From Fibrobacterales bacterium (GTDB lineage: Bacteria; Fibrobacterota; Fibrobacteria; Fibrobacterales; JAOPTW01): a stretch of 64,000 bases of DNA. Below are positions 47,697-57,777 of the stretch, piece by piece. The DNA lies in contig JAOPTX010000034.1 of the NCBI GenBank assembly GCA_051532055.1, forward strand, positions 27,366 to 91,365, read 5' to 3'. The translations under genes and the position numbers were made by a program. The notes under the pieces were generated by a model, which ran no database searches, was not told the origin of the DNA, and saw nothing but the letters and a program-made list of their open reading frames with translations. Position 1 is the stretch's first letter; the number at the start of each line of letters is the position of its first letter.

Positions 47697-50600
47697 TTTT
47701 TATTTTCGTCTCAAAGTTTTTAAACCGCACTTCTATATCTTTTTGATAGAGATAGTGCATTTTTTGCGTTAACCTCTTCTGAATCAGAGGAAGCTGCATT
47801 TTGTCTTTGGAAGTAAAATAAAAAATATTTTGGGTAATGGCTTTGATATTGTCCGACGATCTCTTTATTTCATATTTTAATTTTTTGTCAAAAAAGAGCA
47901 ATTCTAAGTCAAATTCAGCATATACTTTACTTGCAACCCCAAAGTCACACTTAAAGTTTTTCAGAACGTACCGGTACCGTTTATTCAACTTCTTGCCCTG
48001 CTTCTCAACCACTTGTTTCGACTCTTTTTCACCTGCACCATTTTTCTTCTGCTCAACTTCTTCTGTTTTCATTTTTTTATCTACATGTGATTTATGAGTA
48101 TTTTCATCGATCACCTCAAGTAACTCTCCCTGACCCGACTCATCATCAGAATCCGTAGTAATGACATTTTCACCATTTTCAGCCTTGTTTTTATCAATTT
48201 TAAGCAATTTCTTACTTGTTTCAACCCAAAAACTCACAGAATCAGCGATGGCACGTTTTACAAACTGCAATATACTATCAGCACGCAAGGCAACAGAGTC
48301 TTGAAATATCATCAAAGAATCAACAGCTGAATGCAATGTAACTCCCACCGATATCGCCTCATCTTCAATGTCTCGTTCGCCCTTTTTTACCCCATAATCA
48401 CTCGAAATGTGCACTGCCTCATTTACTGAAGGCCCTCTATAAACCGCTCCTCCATCACTACTCAACAAAACAATTGACGCTGATGATCGAGTCTTCACCG
48501 ACTGAAGTTGAACTCGCTTCACTTGATCCAATGAATCCTCCACTCTTTTCTCCTCCACCTTCTTCGCTATCGAATCTACATACGCCCTCTGTAATGCTTC
48601 TTTTTCAACGCGTAAAGAATCCGCTACTTGAGCAAGCTGAGCAGTACGCTCTCTCTCAATCCGGTCTTTTTCTGCTTGAGCCAAAACTCGAACTTTTTCA
48701 CGGGCTCGCTCTTCCTCAGCTACTTTGAGAGCCGCTACCTGTTTTTGAGCCTCATGATCTTTGAGCGCTTTTATCCGAGCGCGTTCTTTTGCTTTTTCTT
48801 GAGTACGTTCTACTATTCGCTCTTTTTCTACACGCTCCTTCTCCGCCAAAGCTAATACCAATGCGAGTTCCTGCTCGCGAGCCCGCTCTTCCTCTGCTGC
48901 TTTAAGAACTGCCACTTGTTTACGGGCTTCACGCTCCTCGAATATTCTAACACTTTCAAGCTCCTTCGCCTCTTCTTCTAAACGCTCCAACTCTTTTACT
49001 GAATCACTTCTCATTTGCGTAATCTGCTGCATATGCAGCTGTAGCGAATCCTTAAAGGCCTGAATAGAGTCTGCCACCACTTGTAACGAATCCAACCGTA
49101 TTTGTTCACGTATGTCGATACGAACCCAACGGGCGACTGAATCAGCTATTGAACCTTTTACATAATTGAGTAAACTATCAGCCTCATAGGCACGTTTCAG
49201 TGCATTAAGCTCTTCTTGCGTAGGCTGTAGTGGTACTATCTCTAAAGAGGTCACCTGGTCATGAGCTTCATCCTCATCCAAATCATATGTTTCGACTACC
49301 TCAATGAGATCCTCGTCACTCGCTTCAATAAGCTCTACAGGCATTTCGCTTACAACTTCATCTTGTATCTCAACCCCTTCAACATCTACGACTCTTTGAT
49401 TGCCAACACCTTTCTCTTTCTCTTCCACCACATCAAGTTCAAATAATTCTTCATTAGTACTTTGATCAATCCATTCAATTGCTCTGTTTTCATCAGACAC
49501 ATTTTCACTAGAACTGCCTTTTAGTAAACCATTTTCTGACTGAATATCATGGCCAACAACAAAGTACTCCACATTAACTTGCCTCTTATCACCTCCAACA
49601 CTCTCCTCTGTCATCAATACAGCCTCGCTCGACAACATCATACTATCATTGTTTTGGCCGCTTCGCTGTCCTATTTCACCTCCAAATTCAAGCGGCTCAA
49701 TAAAAGATTTTTTCCGTGGCTTCAAAGCCCCATCCTTCATCTGCTGAGTAATAAATCCCAACACACTATCAATTGCCGACAGTCGATCCTGAGCCTTTAT
49801 CCTTATCTCACTTGATAGGCTAAAATATGATGCACTCACCCTATCCCCTATCGGTTTTATAGCGATTGCTTTAGAGCTACTCGATGTAACTATTTCATCT
49901 ATGATCCCATCGATTACCCTTCCTTCATCGCTCATCTCAGCACCATCATCAAAATCACTATCAATACCCTCAAAATCATCGCTGTGCACGGACCTATCTT
50001 CCACAGGTTTTTCAATGTTACTCACAGCTGTCGACTTAACTGAAGCAACTATTGTTCTAACGCCATTTATAAAATTATCATATAGGCCTGAACGTCCTTC
50101 AGCTGTGTCAAGTGTACTCAGTTCTTTACTTTGAGAGGCTTGAATAACCTGTGCGGCAGAGTCCATTCGGGAAAACTCATTTATTAAGAACTGCTCTAGA
50201 GAATCATGTTGACGAACAAGTGAATCAAGTTGAACCTCATAGGCTATTGCTTGTCGTTGTGCCCGCTTCAAAGCAGCCACAGCAACCGAATCCTGATACA
50301 GGGAATCACTATAAAGAGAGTCAGTTATAAATGTTAACCGTTTTTGTCTCATCTCTTCCCGGCTCCGCACTACCAATTGACGAAGACGAGATCGTTTTCT
50401 TTCCTGCAGAATTTCCCGAGCTTCAGCGCCCTGATTTATCACTTCTTGAGATGAAACCCCCAGTGCTGAGCTAGACAAAATCACATGATCATAGAGTGCA
50501 CGCACCAGAGTATCTCTCTTTTTTTCTCTGGTGATTTGTGACGAGTCAGACATTTCAGTTTTTCCAAAGGTAAATATTGATCGCAACTCAATAACAAGGT

Positions 50601-52359
50601 CATCGACACTAAGAATGGCAGTATTCCACCAACGGGTCGTGTCAATTACAACAAATGAATCCTTACTTTCTTGAACATAAGAGGATATCTCTATCTCAAC
50701 AATTCCTGTAAAATGATCAACAGAACTCAACACTATAAGAGTAGAAGAGCTGCTCAAAGCTTCACTCACACTACTCACATCAACTTTTTGCGTATCACTC
50801 AAAGAGCTAAGCGGTCGCACTAGTAGCAATTCAATAGGTATTGTTGCCACTTCAAACACACTATCTCTCTCATGCAAATCTTGTGCAACCTCTATACTCG
50901 ATGATGCAGCTAAAGAGCGCTCTACACTACTCATTACAAATAACTCACCCGATGACTCTATTATTAGTGAATAAGAAGAAATATAAACCGCCTCCCTCGA
51001 TATTTCAGGTATTTCAGGTATTTCAATTTTCCACAAAAAATATCTCAGCCAATCAGCAAACTCAGAAATCCATTCACGCGCAAGCGGCTTATAGTAGAAG
51101 ATCTTGGATCTACGAGAAAAACTTGGGAGCGAGACCGCTTCATTTGACTCTATAGAATCCTGAAAGTATGCCACCTCAACCGAACTCAACACCCCAATAC
51201 TGCTACTCAATTCACTACTCATTACTGATGGTTCAGATGAAGTCAAACTACTCGATATGAACAATTGGTGACTTGATTCTATTATCCTCGATGATGAAGA
51301 TGATGAAGAAGATGATGATTGAATCCCTAACTGTTGGACCGTATCAATTGCAAAGCGCCATAGAGGTACGACTTCTATAACTTCTGACTGCTGTACTCCT
51401 GAAGAGACTTCTTCATTTTTTTCAGGCCGCTCAAATACTGTTACAGATGCATTCTCTGCTGATGAAATTAACTGAACTGACAATGAGGCTGCTTGATAGG
51501 AAGAATAACCACCTCTAGAAGAAAGACCTCTCACCTCACTACTACTTAACAGCCCTATGAGAGAATCACTCACAATTCGTTCTAGTAATTCTTCATGTAA
51601 TGTTATTGCATACATTCGGGCATTATGAAGCACCAAAGAATCAATTTCATCTACACTCATTACTCGGTATTCATTTGACAGACGTGGTACAGAGCCCTCT
51701 GATGAATTCGAGGATTTAGAGGAGACCTCTTCAATGTCCACTTCAAGAATCACTTCACCATTTAATACAGCTTTCTCTTTAACCAATGCCTCGCTGTCAA
51801 TCACCTCAAATTGGTCCCAGGCGGGAATTTCAAAGGGGAGCTCATTAGGTTCTTGACTTTGTGAGGTCATTAATAACACACTACTGAGGGCGTCAGATGA
51901 AGTATCTAGTTGAGAATATTTTTGAGCTGCACTCGACAATACAACCAATAACTCACCTGCTGAAAGGGGTATTTCGACACTACTCTCATTCTGAGCTTCT
52001 AGTGCCGTTGTATCACTAAAAAATTGCCCTATCGCAACAACCGGTGCTACAACAAATTCAGATATCCGAGAACCCAATGCCATCTCTTCATACTCAATAA
52101 GATCTACTGGGTAATCGGTGGAGTCACCCACATAGATCAACTCCATAGTTTTTAGACTATCATTTGCAACCCACTTATAATCAGTCGTACGGTGCTTTTC
52201 TACAAATTCATGATACCTATTATAATTTGACCAATAGATGCCCCATAATACATAGAGTAGCACGACAAAAAGAAAGATGCCAAATCCGACAACTCTCTCT
52301 TTCAAAAACGATATAAATGCGTTTTTGATCTCCACTCTATTCTCACTGTTAAGTTCCAA
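47680..52359 (-). CDS. Giant (about 1559 aa) N-terminally anchored Ser-rich / coiled-coil protein of unknown function
   Basis: A single uninterrupted ORF with one N-terminal TM helix ([19 protein letters not shown]). It has long Ser-rich acidic regions and an ER/K-rich coiled coil. The start codon is uncertain (TTG 52359 or GTG 52335). The 3' end overlaps the secA ATG by 17 nt. Confidence 0.7.
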   Translation of the reverse strand: MELNSENRVEIKNAFISFLKERVVGFGIFLFVVLLYVLWGIYWSNYNRYHEFVEKHRTTDYKWVANDSLKTMELIYVGDSTDYPVDLIEYEEMALGSRISEFVVAPVVAIGQFFSDTTALEAQNESSVEIPLSAGELLVVLSSAAQKYSQLDTSSDALSSVLLMTSQSQEPNELPFEIPAWDQFEVIDSEALVKEKAVLNGEVILEVDIEEVSSKSSNSSEGSVPRLSNEYRVMSVDEIDSLVLHNARMYAITLHEELLERIVSDSLIGLLSSSEVRGLSSRGGYSSYQAASLSVQLISSAENASVTVFERPEKNEEVSSGVQQSEVIEVVPLWRFAIDTVQQLGIQSSSSSSSSSSRIIESSHQLFISSSLTSSEPSVMSSELSSSIGVLSSVEVAYFQDSIESNEAVSLPSFSRRSKIFYYKPLAREWISEFADWLRYFLWKIEIPEIPEISREAVYISSYSLIIESSGELFVMSSVERSLAASSSIEVAQDLHERDSVFEVATIPIELLLVRPLSSLSDTQKVDVSSVSEALSSSSTLIVLSSVDHFTGIVEIEISSYVQESKDSFVVIDTTRWWNTAILSVDDLVIELRSIFTFGKTEMSDSSQITREKKRDTLVRALYDHVILSSSALGVSSQEVINQGAEAREILQERKRSRLRQLVVRSREEMRQKRLTFITDSLYSDSLYQDSVAVAALKRAQRQAIAYEVQLDSLVRQHDSLEQFLINEFSRMDSAAQVIQASQSKELSTLDTAEGRSGLYDNFINGVRTIVASVKSTAVSNIEKPVEDRSVHSDDFEGIDSDFDDGAEMSDEGRVIDGIIDEIVTSSSSKAIAIKPIGDRVSASYFSLSSEIRIKAQDRLSAIDSVLGFITQQMKDGALKPRKKSFIEPLEFGGEIGQRSGQNNDSMMLSSEAVLMTEESVGGDKRQVNVEYFVVGHDIQSENGLLKGSSSENVSDENRAIEWIDQSTNEELFELDVVEEKEKGVGNQRVVDVEGVEIQDEVVSEMPVELIEASDEDLIEVVETYDLDEDEAHDQVTSLEIVPLQPTQEELNALKRAYEADSLLNYVKGSIADSVARWVRIDIREQIRLDSLQVVADSIQAFKDSLQLHMQQITQMRSDSVKELERLEEEAKELESVRIFEEREARKQVAVLKAAEEERAREQELALVLALAEKERVEKERIVERTQEKAKERARIKALKDHEAQKQVAALKVAEEERAREKVRVLAQAEKDRIERERTAQLAQVADSLRVEKEALQRAYVDSIAKKVEEKRVEDSLDQVKRVQLQSVKTRSSASIVLLSSDGGAVYRGPSVNEAVHISSDYGVKKGERDIEDEAISVGVTLHSAVDSLMIFQDSVALRADSILQFVKRAIADSVSFWVETSKKLLKIDKNKAENGENVITTDSDDESGQGELLEVIDENTHKSHVDKKMKTEEVEQKKNGAGEKESKQVVEKQGKKLNKRYRYVLKNFKCDFGVASKVYAEFDLELLFFDKKLKYEIKRSSDNIKAITQNIFYFTSKDKMQLPLIQKRLTQKMHYLYQKDIEVRFKNFETKIKNETSP
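48640..48950 (-). repeat. Tandem coding repeat in the coiled-coil segment (period about 190 nt); coordinates approximate
   Basis: [38 protein letters not shown] and [36 protein letters not shown]. Confidence 0.75.
51289..51318 (-). repeat. Run of 10 Ser codons, seen as a (GAW)n-like tract on the plus strand
   Basis: The plus strand reads cgatgatgaagatgatgaagaagatgatga, which encodes [10 protein letters not shown] on the minus strand, in frame within the giant ORF. Confidence 0.9.
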
Positions 52360-52844
52360 TCACTTATGTACGCACTTTGCGCACATCACCGTTTTATATA
52401 TCGAATATTCCTTTGAGACTATTTAGATTTTAATGGCATTTTCGCCTTTTTCACTCAAATTAACCCATTTTAGAGTTGTTCAAATTACAGAGAACGCCAC
52501 AATACTCTAATTATCACTCGAGAGACTACCTTAAGCTCCGCTCTTAGTTAGGTTATAGCGCTTACTGTTCATAAAAAATGCTATAATAGCTGGAAACACC
52601 CCAAAAATGTGACACGAATTGCTCTTTATATGTCAATTTTACATAAAGGTAACTTATCTTAGCAGTAGAGGCTTTAAAAGAGAACATACTGAATTTAGAG
52701 CGTCGTGAACACATTGAAACAGTTTGTAAACAGCAATTATGAATTAGCCTAAGGCTCACTTACTTAAAGAGAGCATATCACCCAAATTTAGATAGATTAA
52801 CCACACGTTCAAGAGAGTTAGACACACACCAAAAGGACACCTGT

Positions 52845-55800
52845 ATGATTTCACACATAGCTCGCACAACTATTATGTGTATTGCAATCACCCTACTGTT
52901 ATCACACACAATTTTTGCACGAGCAAATACTATTACCGTGCATCAAGACAGTTTAGGATTCAAAATTCAGGTTGATCAACGAGACCTCTTTATCAACGCA
53001 ATACGTTGGAGCCATAAACCTGTAGGAGTCAATTATAATTATGACTTGTGGGCAAAATCAGACAACTACATTCGCAAAGTTTTAACCCATGACATGCGAT
53101 TACTTCAAGAGTCAGGGGCAACTGCTATAGTCACTTCTCCTGGTATCCCATCCAAATGGGTTACCTATGTATATAAGAAATTTAAAATCATGACCATTGT
53201 TCATTGGGAGATGGGCCGCTGGGGCATGACTTACAATAGCACCTGGAATGCAAATCCAGATTTCGAATCCCTACTGGTTCAAAACATCCTCACCAAAGAG
53301 ATCACCACTATAATAGAGGAATACAAAGACACACAGGGGTTTTTGAGTTACGCCATAGGAAGCTCACACAACTGGGGGTGGGGCTGGAGTAACCCACGTA
53401 TTGACAAACTTTCACAAGATGCTGCACAAGCAGCAAAAGCAGAAGTTATTTATGGACTCTTTGGCACTTTTACAAACCTCATTAAACTAAATGACACCCA
53501 TCACCCCGTCACTCTTGTTAATGGAGACGTTGCCTTTACCGACTATATTGAACGCCTCTGCCCCACAATTGATATCTATGGAGTCAATTCAACACGTGGT
53601 GCAATTTCAGGTGGTATTTTTGATCAGTTTAAAAATGAGATGCCAACTAAGCCCTTTCTTTACTTTACACTCGGCGGTAATGGCGCATGGGATGACAAAC
53701 TCAAAAGCGAAAACCCGCTCAAGCAAGCAAAAATTGTAAAAAGTCAACTTCATGAACTCTATACAGAAACCTATGGCAAAAAAACAGGCGTCGCTGTTGG
53801 TGCTGTAATGGGGTGGCAGGATGACTGGTCTATGGACCCTACCAACTGGCAACAGTGGGAATTAGACATTCATAATAACCATATGATGGAGTGGCAGGGA
53901 CTTGTTGCTATCGCTCCTTCGGATGATGAAGACCCACGTCCGCTCATTCCTCGCCCTGCTTTTTATGTAATGAAAGAAGCGTGGACCCGACTGAACCCTT
54001 ATTCTGAAACAACAACAGAAACTTCCATTGATCAACTCTTTGACGGCATGCGTGAGGAGATGTATCTAGCACTCTATGATGTGAAACGTGTTGAGTATGA
54101 ACTTAAAGAAAGTAACAAAGTACAGATGAATCATATGAACATTTCACTTGCCTCTGTTGGATACACCAATAATAAGCGTGCTGATTCCACCGGACACTTT
54201 ACAAGCTCCATGCGATTTGATACAGAAGAGTCAGTTACCTTTGGATTTAAAGGAATTGTGGGGAGCCAATTAACTGCCAATGCGCAACTTAAATATACTG
54301 GTAATGTATCTGAATTCAAGCTCGACCAATTTGATTATAACACTTTAAACAAACCCATGAAATTCGAAATGATGGACACTGTTGATTATGAGCCGGCAAT
54401 GCTCAATAATGCAGAAATTCCTAGACAATCATTAAGACTGTACCGAGCGTCTTTTAATTATAGCGGGGACTATATTGATATAGATGGCTACTATCGTCAA
54501 GGCCATACTCACTGGGGACATTTTGGAGATTTATTTAACCTCTACACAGAAGCTTATGACTACCCAACGTTTGACCAATGGGATATGACCGTACCCTATG
54601 GCCTTGAAATTACTGGTAAGAAATTCCTCAAAGGAATGCGTGTAGCAATTGGCCCTAAGCCCGTTGATGGTGGCAATCCAGCAATATACGCACTCTATCA
54701 AAAAACCATTGGTGACCTTAAAGTTTCTCCTATGTTAAAAATCGACCTCGGTCAGCTAGAAGAAACTGGGAGAGGAGCAAGCACCTTTAGAACATCCCAA
54801 TTCACTGTCTCAGCAGAACAAAACACCTCAAATCTGACATTTAAAGCTGGTGCAATGATATCAGACCTTTCTCTCTCTTTATTAAGTAAAAAGTATCAAC
54901 TCAATGAAAAAATTGGCAAAAAATATGAAACCCAAAAGGGGTATACTGTAGGCTCCGGATTTGATTCTGAAACTATCCCTCCTGATTCAGTTACCCTTAC
55001 CACTCTTGATGGGCTTGGTGGTAAAGTTGAAGTAATGGGGGACTATGGCCAAACTAAGTTTCTTGCCCTCGGACAATACATGGGCCCTATCGCATACAGT
55101 GGCTGGGATCGAGAACACAAATTTGCAGATTGGACCATGAAAGACATCGGTGGAACGAATAAAATTCTGGGAACTTTTGGCTTTTCTCACGACATTGGTT
55201 CATTTAGAATATCTCCAAATTTTATGTATCAAAAACCTGTCGTTGACCCTCTTGAACGAGCAGAATATGAAAGTGTATACGATGGATTCCCGGTGAACAC
55301 TGATCCTACCACACCAAAGGAAGACCGATACACCCCATCACCAGTTTTGGTACAAAACCCCAAAACAATTGGTGGTGAACTTATAGTAACCTATGATCCT
55401 ACCCCGAATACACAACTGTGGTTCTATGATTCAGACAACCAAGAAGATGCAGAACTCGCCGCACACCTCCACTTAGAATACCGAAAACTTGGCCGCACTG
55501 ATAGAATAACGTATGTAAACAAACGCGGTTATACAGTAAGCTTTGCAGAAGGTCAAAGTCCCTATGATAAATTTGGAACCAAGCTTCGCCTCATTTTTAA
55601 CCCATCGCCCCTCTTTAAGATTATTGCGCGTGGTTATTATGACATCAAACGCGGACCTAATGGACAAATGAAAGCAACAATTAATGCATTTGGAGGAAGT
55701 TTTGACCTCGCCTATTTTCAATGGCGTGTGAGTAGTGAAATCAAGATTGACGACTGGGGACCTTATGACTACATGGATGAATGGAATATCGTCTATCCAC

Positions 55801-56012
55801 TTCAAGCAAAGCTTGGCGTCAGTTATGGACTCTCTCGTATCGCACTCTTTGATTTCACGAAATCCTCATCTATTGGCGCACGTATCTATTACCGAACTAT
55901 ACAATATGCTGATGATGCAACACAATTTTCAGATTCAGAAATACTTGATAGGATACATACCGTACTCAATTATGAACTTGAACTCCGCACCTTCATAACC
56001 ATAAATATTTAG
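52845..56012 (+). CDS. Secreted 1055-aa protein: clan GH-A-like (TIM-barrel glycosidase-like) N-terminal region plus a long beta-rich C-terminal region
   Basis: AAGGA RBS and signal peptide (LLSHTIFA-RA). The N-terminal roughly 380 aa have a glycosidase-like layout (DMRLLQESGATAIV, GFLSYAIGSS, KPFLYFTLGG). The C-terminal roughly 650 aa show alternating-polarity strands. Confidence 0.55.
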   Translation: MISHIARTTIMCIAITLLLSHTIFARANTITVHQDSLGFKIQVDQRDLFINAIRWSHKPVGVNYNYDLWAKSDNYIRKVLTHDMRLLQESGATAIVTSPGIPSKWVTYVYKKFKIMTIVHWEMGRWGMTYNSTWNANPDFESLLVQNILTKEITTIIEEYKDTQGFLSYAIGSSHNWGWGWSNPRIDKLSQDAAQAAKAEVIYGLFGTFTNLIKLNDTHHPVTLVNGDVAFTDYIERLCPTIDIYGVNSTRGAISGGIFDQFKNEMPTKPFLYFTLGGNGAWDDKLKSENPLKQAKIVKSQLHELYTETYGKKTGVAVGAVMGWQDDWSMDPTNWQQWELDIHNNHMMEWQGLVAIAPSDDEDPRPLIPRPAFYVMKEAWTRLNPYSETTTETSIDQLFDGMREEMYLALYDVKRVEYELKESNKVQMNHMNISLASVGYTNNKRADSTGHFTSSMRFDTEESVTFGFKGIVGSQLTANAQLKYTGNVSEFKLDQFDYNTLNKPMKFEMMDTVDYEPAMLNNAEIPRQSLRLYRASFNYSGDYIDIDGYYRQGHTHWGHFGDLFNLYTEAYDYPTFDQWDMTVPYGLEITGKKFLKGMRVAIGPKPVDGGNPAIYALYQKTIGDLKVSPMLKIDLGQLEETGRGASTFRTSQFTVSAEQNTSNLTFKAGAMISDLSLSLLSKKYQLNEKIGKKYETQKGYTVGSGFDSETIPPDSVTLTTLDGLGGKVEVMGDYGQTKFLALGQYMGPIAYSGWDREHKFADWTMKDIGGTNKILGTFGFSHDIGSFRISPNFMYQKPVVDPLERAEYESVYDGFPVNTDPTTPKEDRYTPSPVLVQNPKTIGGELIVTYDPTPNTQLWFYDSDNQEDAELAAHLHLEYRKLGRTDRITYVNKRGYTVSFAEGQSPYDKFGTKLRLIFNPSPLFKIIARGYYDIKRGPNGQMKATINAFGGSFDLAYFQWRVSSEIKIDDWGPYDYMDEWNIVYPLQAKLGVSYGLSRIALFDFTKSSSIGARIYYRTIQYADDATQFSDSEILDRIHTVLNYELELRTFITINI

Positions 56013-56019
56013 GAACATC

Positions 56020-56892
56020 ATGATAAAAAGAACCCTATTCTTAGCATCATGGAGCCTTATACTCATAACCTGTGCCCCCAATAATGATTTAACACTTGGG
56101 GCAGTAAGTGACGATATTGCGGATATTGGTTCAGAATGGGAACTTATCTGGACTGATGATTTTGAAGACCCTTCACTCGACACCGACAAGTGGAAAATAA
56201 AAACGGGCAACGGTGAATGGGGCTGGGGGAACGGCGAACTCCAAAACTATCGAGAAGAGAATCTCTCTTTTCGTGATGGAGCTCTCGTGATTACTGCCAA
56301 AAAAGAACGTATCGGTATGTGCCATAATGGTTCCTGTAACTACACTTCAGCTAAAATTGAAACGTCTGACAAATTTTCTTTTAAATATGGCAAGATCGAA
56401 GCTCGTATGAAGTTACCACCAGGCCAAGCTATGTGGCCCGCCTTTTGGCTCATAGGTGATAATATCAGTTCATGGCGATGGCCCAAATGTGGTGAAATCG
56501 ACATTATGGAATTTAAAGGACGCCTCCCTACAGTCACTCAAGGAACCATACACTGGGGAGATGACTCAGACCACAAAATATCTATCGGGCATGATGCAAA
56601 TGCAAATATCGATCTCACCGAAGACTTCCATGTGTATGGTCTCATATGGGAAGAATCTAAATTTACTTTTACTTTAGATGGCACAAGTTTTGGTACTGTA
56701 GCAATTAGTGGCAGCAACACTACTGATGTAATGAACCCCTTTGGCAGTGACTCACGAAATGACGATCAAGAATTTTTCATAATATTAAACCTTGCTGTTG
56801 GAGGAATATTTGATGAGTGGATTGAACCAGAACAAAGCTTTAGCACCAGTGAATTTTTAATAGATTGGGTCCGAGTTTCCCAATTAAAATAG
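56020..56892 (+). CDS. GH16 beta-1,3(-1,4)-glucanase (laminarinase-type), probable lipoprotein
   Basis: 290 aa, 7 nt after the previous stop. The catalytic motif is GEIDIMEF (E-x-D-x-x-E). Also present are GWGNGELQNY, MWPAFWLIG and the signal/lipobox LILITC. Confidence 0.9.
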   Translation: MIKRTLFLASWSLILITCAPNNDLTLGAVSDDIADIGSEWELIWTDDFEDPSLDTDKWKIKTGNGEWGWGNGELQNYREENLSFRDGALVITAKKERIGMCHNGSCNYTSAKIETSDKFSFKYGKIEARMKLPPGQAMWPAFWLIGDNISSWRWPKCGEIDIMEFKGRLPTVTQGTIHWGDDSDHKISIGHDANANIDLTEDFHVYGLIWEESKFTFTLDGTSFGTVAISGSNTTDVMNPFGSDSRNDDQEFFIILNLAVGGIFDEWIEPEQSFSTSEFLIDWVRVSQLK

Positions 56893-57022
56893 CCCAAATA
56901 ACCTTACATATAAACGAAATTAGAACAATAAACAGAAAACAAATGAGCAATTAACTAAACAAAGTATACCCACCAATATGATGAGGGTATATTTAACACA
57001 AACATACATAATGGGGATCGAC

Positions 57023-57670
57023 ATGAAGAAGCTAATAACGATATCGATTGTAGCGCTATTTACAATAATCGGATGTGCTGCAGAAACAATAACACCAACT
57101 GAGAATGGCAGTTCTGATGACGCAAGTCAAAGTTCTGATGAAGGTTCTGAGATTGCTGATGATGCATTTATAATTTTTAATGAAACAATGTCTGAGGGAT
57201 ATGACCTTGGTGCATTCCCCGCTAAAGGCCCCACGATTGATGGGGAAAATGAAGTCCTTTCTATGATCTTTGAAAAAGGACAATCGGTTTGGATATTTCC
57301 AGATGAAGAGTTTGTAGATATCTCAGAACATTCATCAATGAAATTCACATACACCTCTGATGAAGTATTTTCTGTTCGTGTTATGTGGGGTGAATTACCT
57401 GATGGCCACAATTCTGAAGGGGCTCCTTACTGGGAAGGTAACTATGATGATAAAGAGGGCGGATTTATTATTGCAGACTCAATCTCTGCTTCAAGTTCAC
57501 CAAAAGATTTTAGCATAGATTTTGACGACATGCTTGACCCCGCACATCAGTTTCATGTTGAAGAAAGTGACTTTGAAGGCGACAAATCTAATGACCTTTC
57601 AAAAGTGCATCAGATTGTTTTTCTCTCAGAAAACAGCACTCTTCTTATCAATAAACTGAGATTCGAATAG
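57023..57670 (+). CDS. Lipoprotein with a CBM-like beta-sandwich domain
   Basis: The start is at ATG 57023 (GGGGA RBS). MKKLITISIVALFTIIGC carries the lipobox. VDISEHSSMKFTYTSDEVFSVRVMWGELP parallels VDMSYWHDAKLMFDIKSNFNVQLKMEWGMP of the 27189..28706 protein. Confidence 0.55.
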   Translation: MKKLITISIVALFTIIGCAAETITPTENGSSDDASQSSDEGSEIADDAFIIFNETMSEGYDLGAFPAKGPTIDGENEVLSMIFEKGQSVWIFPDEEFVDISEHSSMKFTYTSDEVFSVRVMWGELPDGHNSEGAPYWEGNYDDKEGGFIIADSISASSSPKDFSIDFDDMLDPAHQFHVEESDFEGDKSNDLSKVHQIVFLSENSTLLINKLRFE

Positions 57671-57688
57671 CACTCAGTAACTATTTAT

Positions 57689-57715
57689 AGGCCTGTAGTG
57701 ATACAGACCTTTATT
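57689..57715 (+). terminator. Intrinsic terminator candidate
   Basis: AGGCCTGTA / TACAGACCT stem (8 of 9 paired) with loop GTGA, followed by TTATTATATA. Confidence 0.45.
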
Positions 57716-57724
57716 ATATACCCA

Positions 57725-57755
57725 AAGAAGGAGTGTCACAATGGCACTCCTTCTT
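57725..57755. terminator. Hairpin between convergent genes
   Basis: 11-bp stem AAGAAGGAGTG / CACTCCTTCTT with a 9-nt loop, lying between the lipoprotein gene and the end of hydA. Confidence 0.5.
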
Positions 57756-57777
57756 TGTTCAATACTATAATGAATCG

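Noticed and set aside
51002-51025. Tandem 9-mer (atttcaggt x2.7) and the nearby (GAW)n tract at 51289..51318, considered as a microsatellite or mini-array.
   Set aside because: Both are in frame inside the giant ORF and encode EIPEIPEI and S10. They are low-complexity coding sequence, not CRISPR-like or non-coding repeats.
52719-52731. The 13-mer ACAGTTTGTAAAC upstream of the glucan locus is identical to the reverse complement of part of the 28824..28839 palindrome. I considered it as a shared regulatory motif.
   Set aside because: A single 13-nt AT-rich match in 64 kb is within chance expectation. A near-identical word (CAGTTTGTAAAAC) also occurs inside the giant ORF near 48255. The second site also lacks the other palindrome arm.
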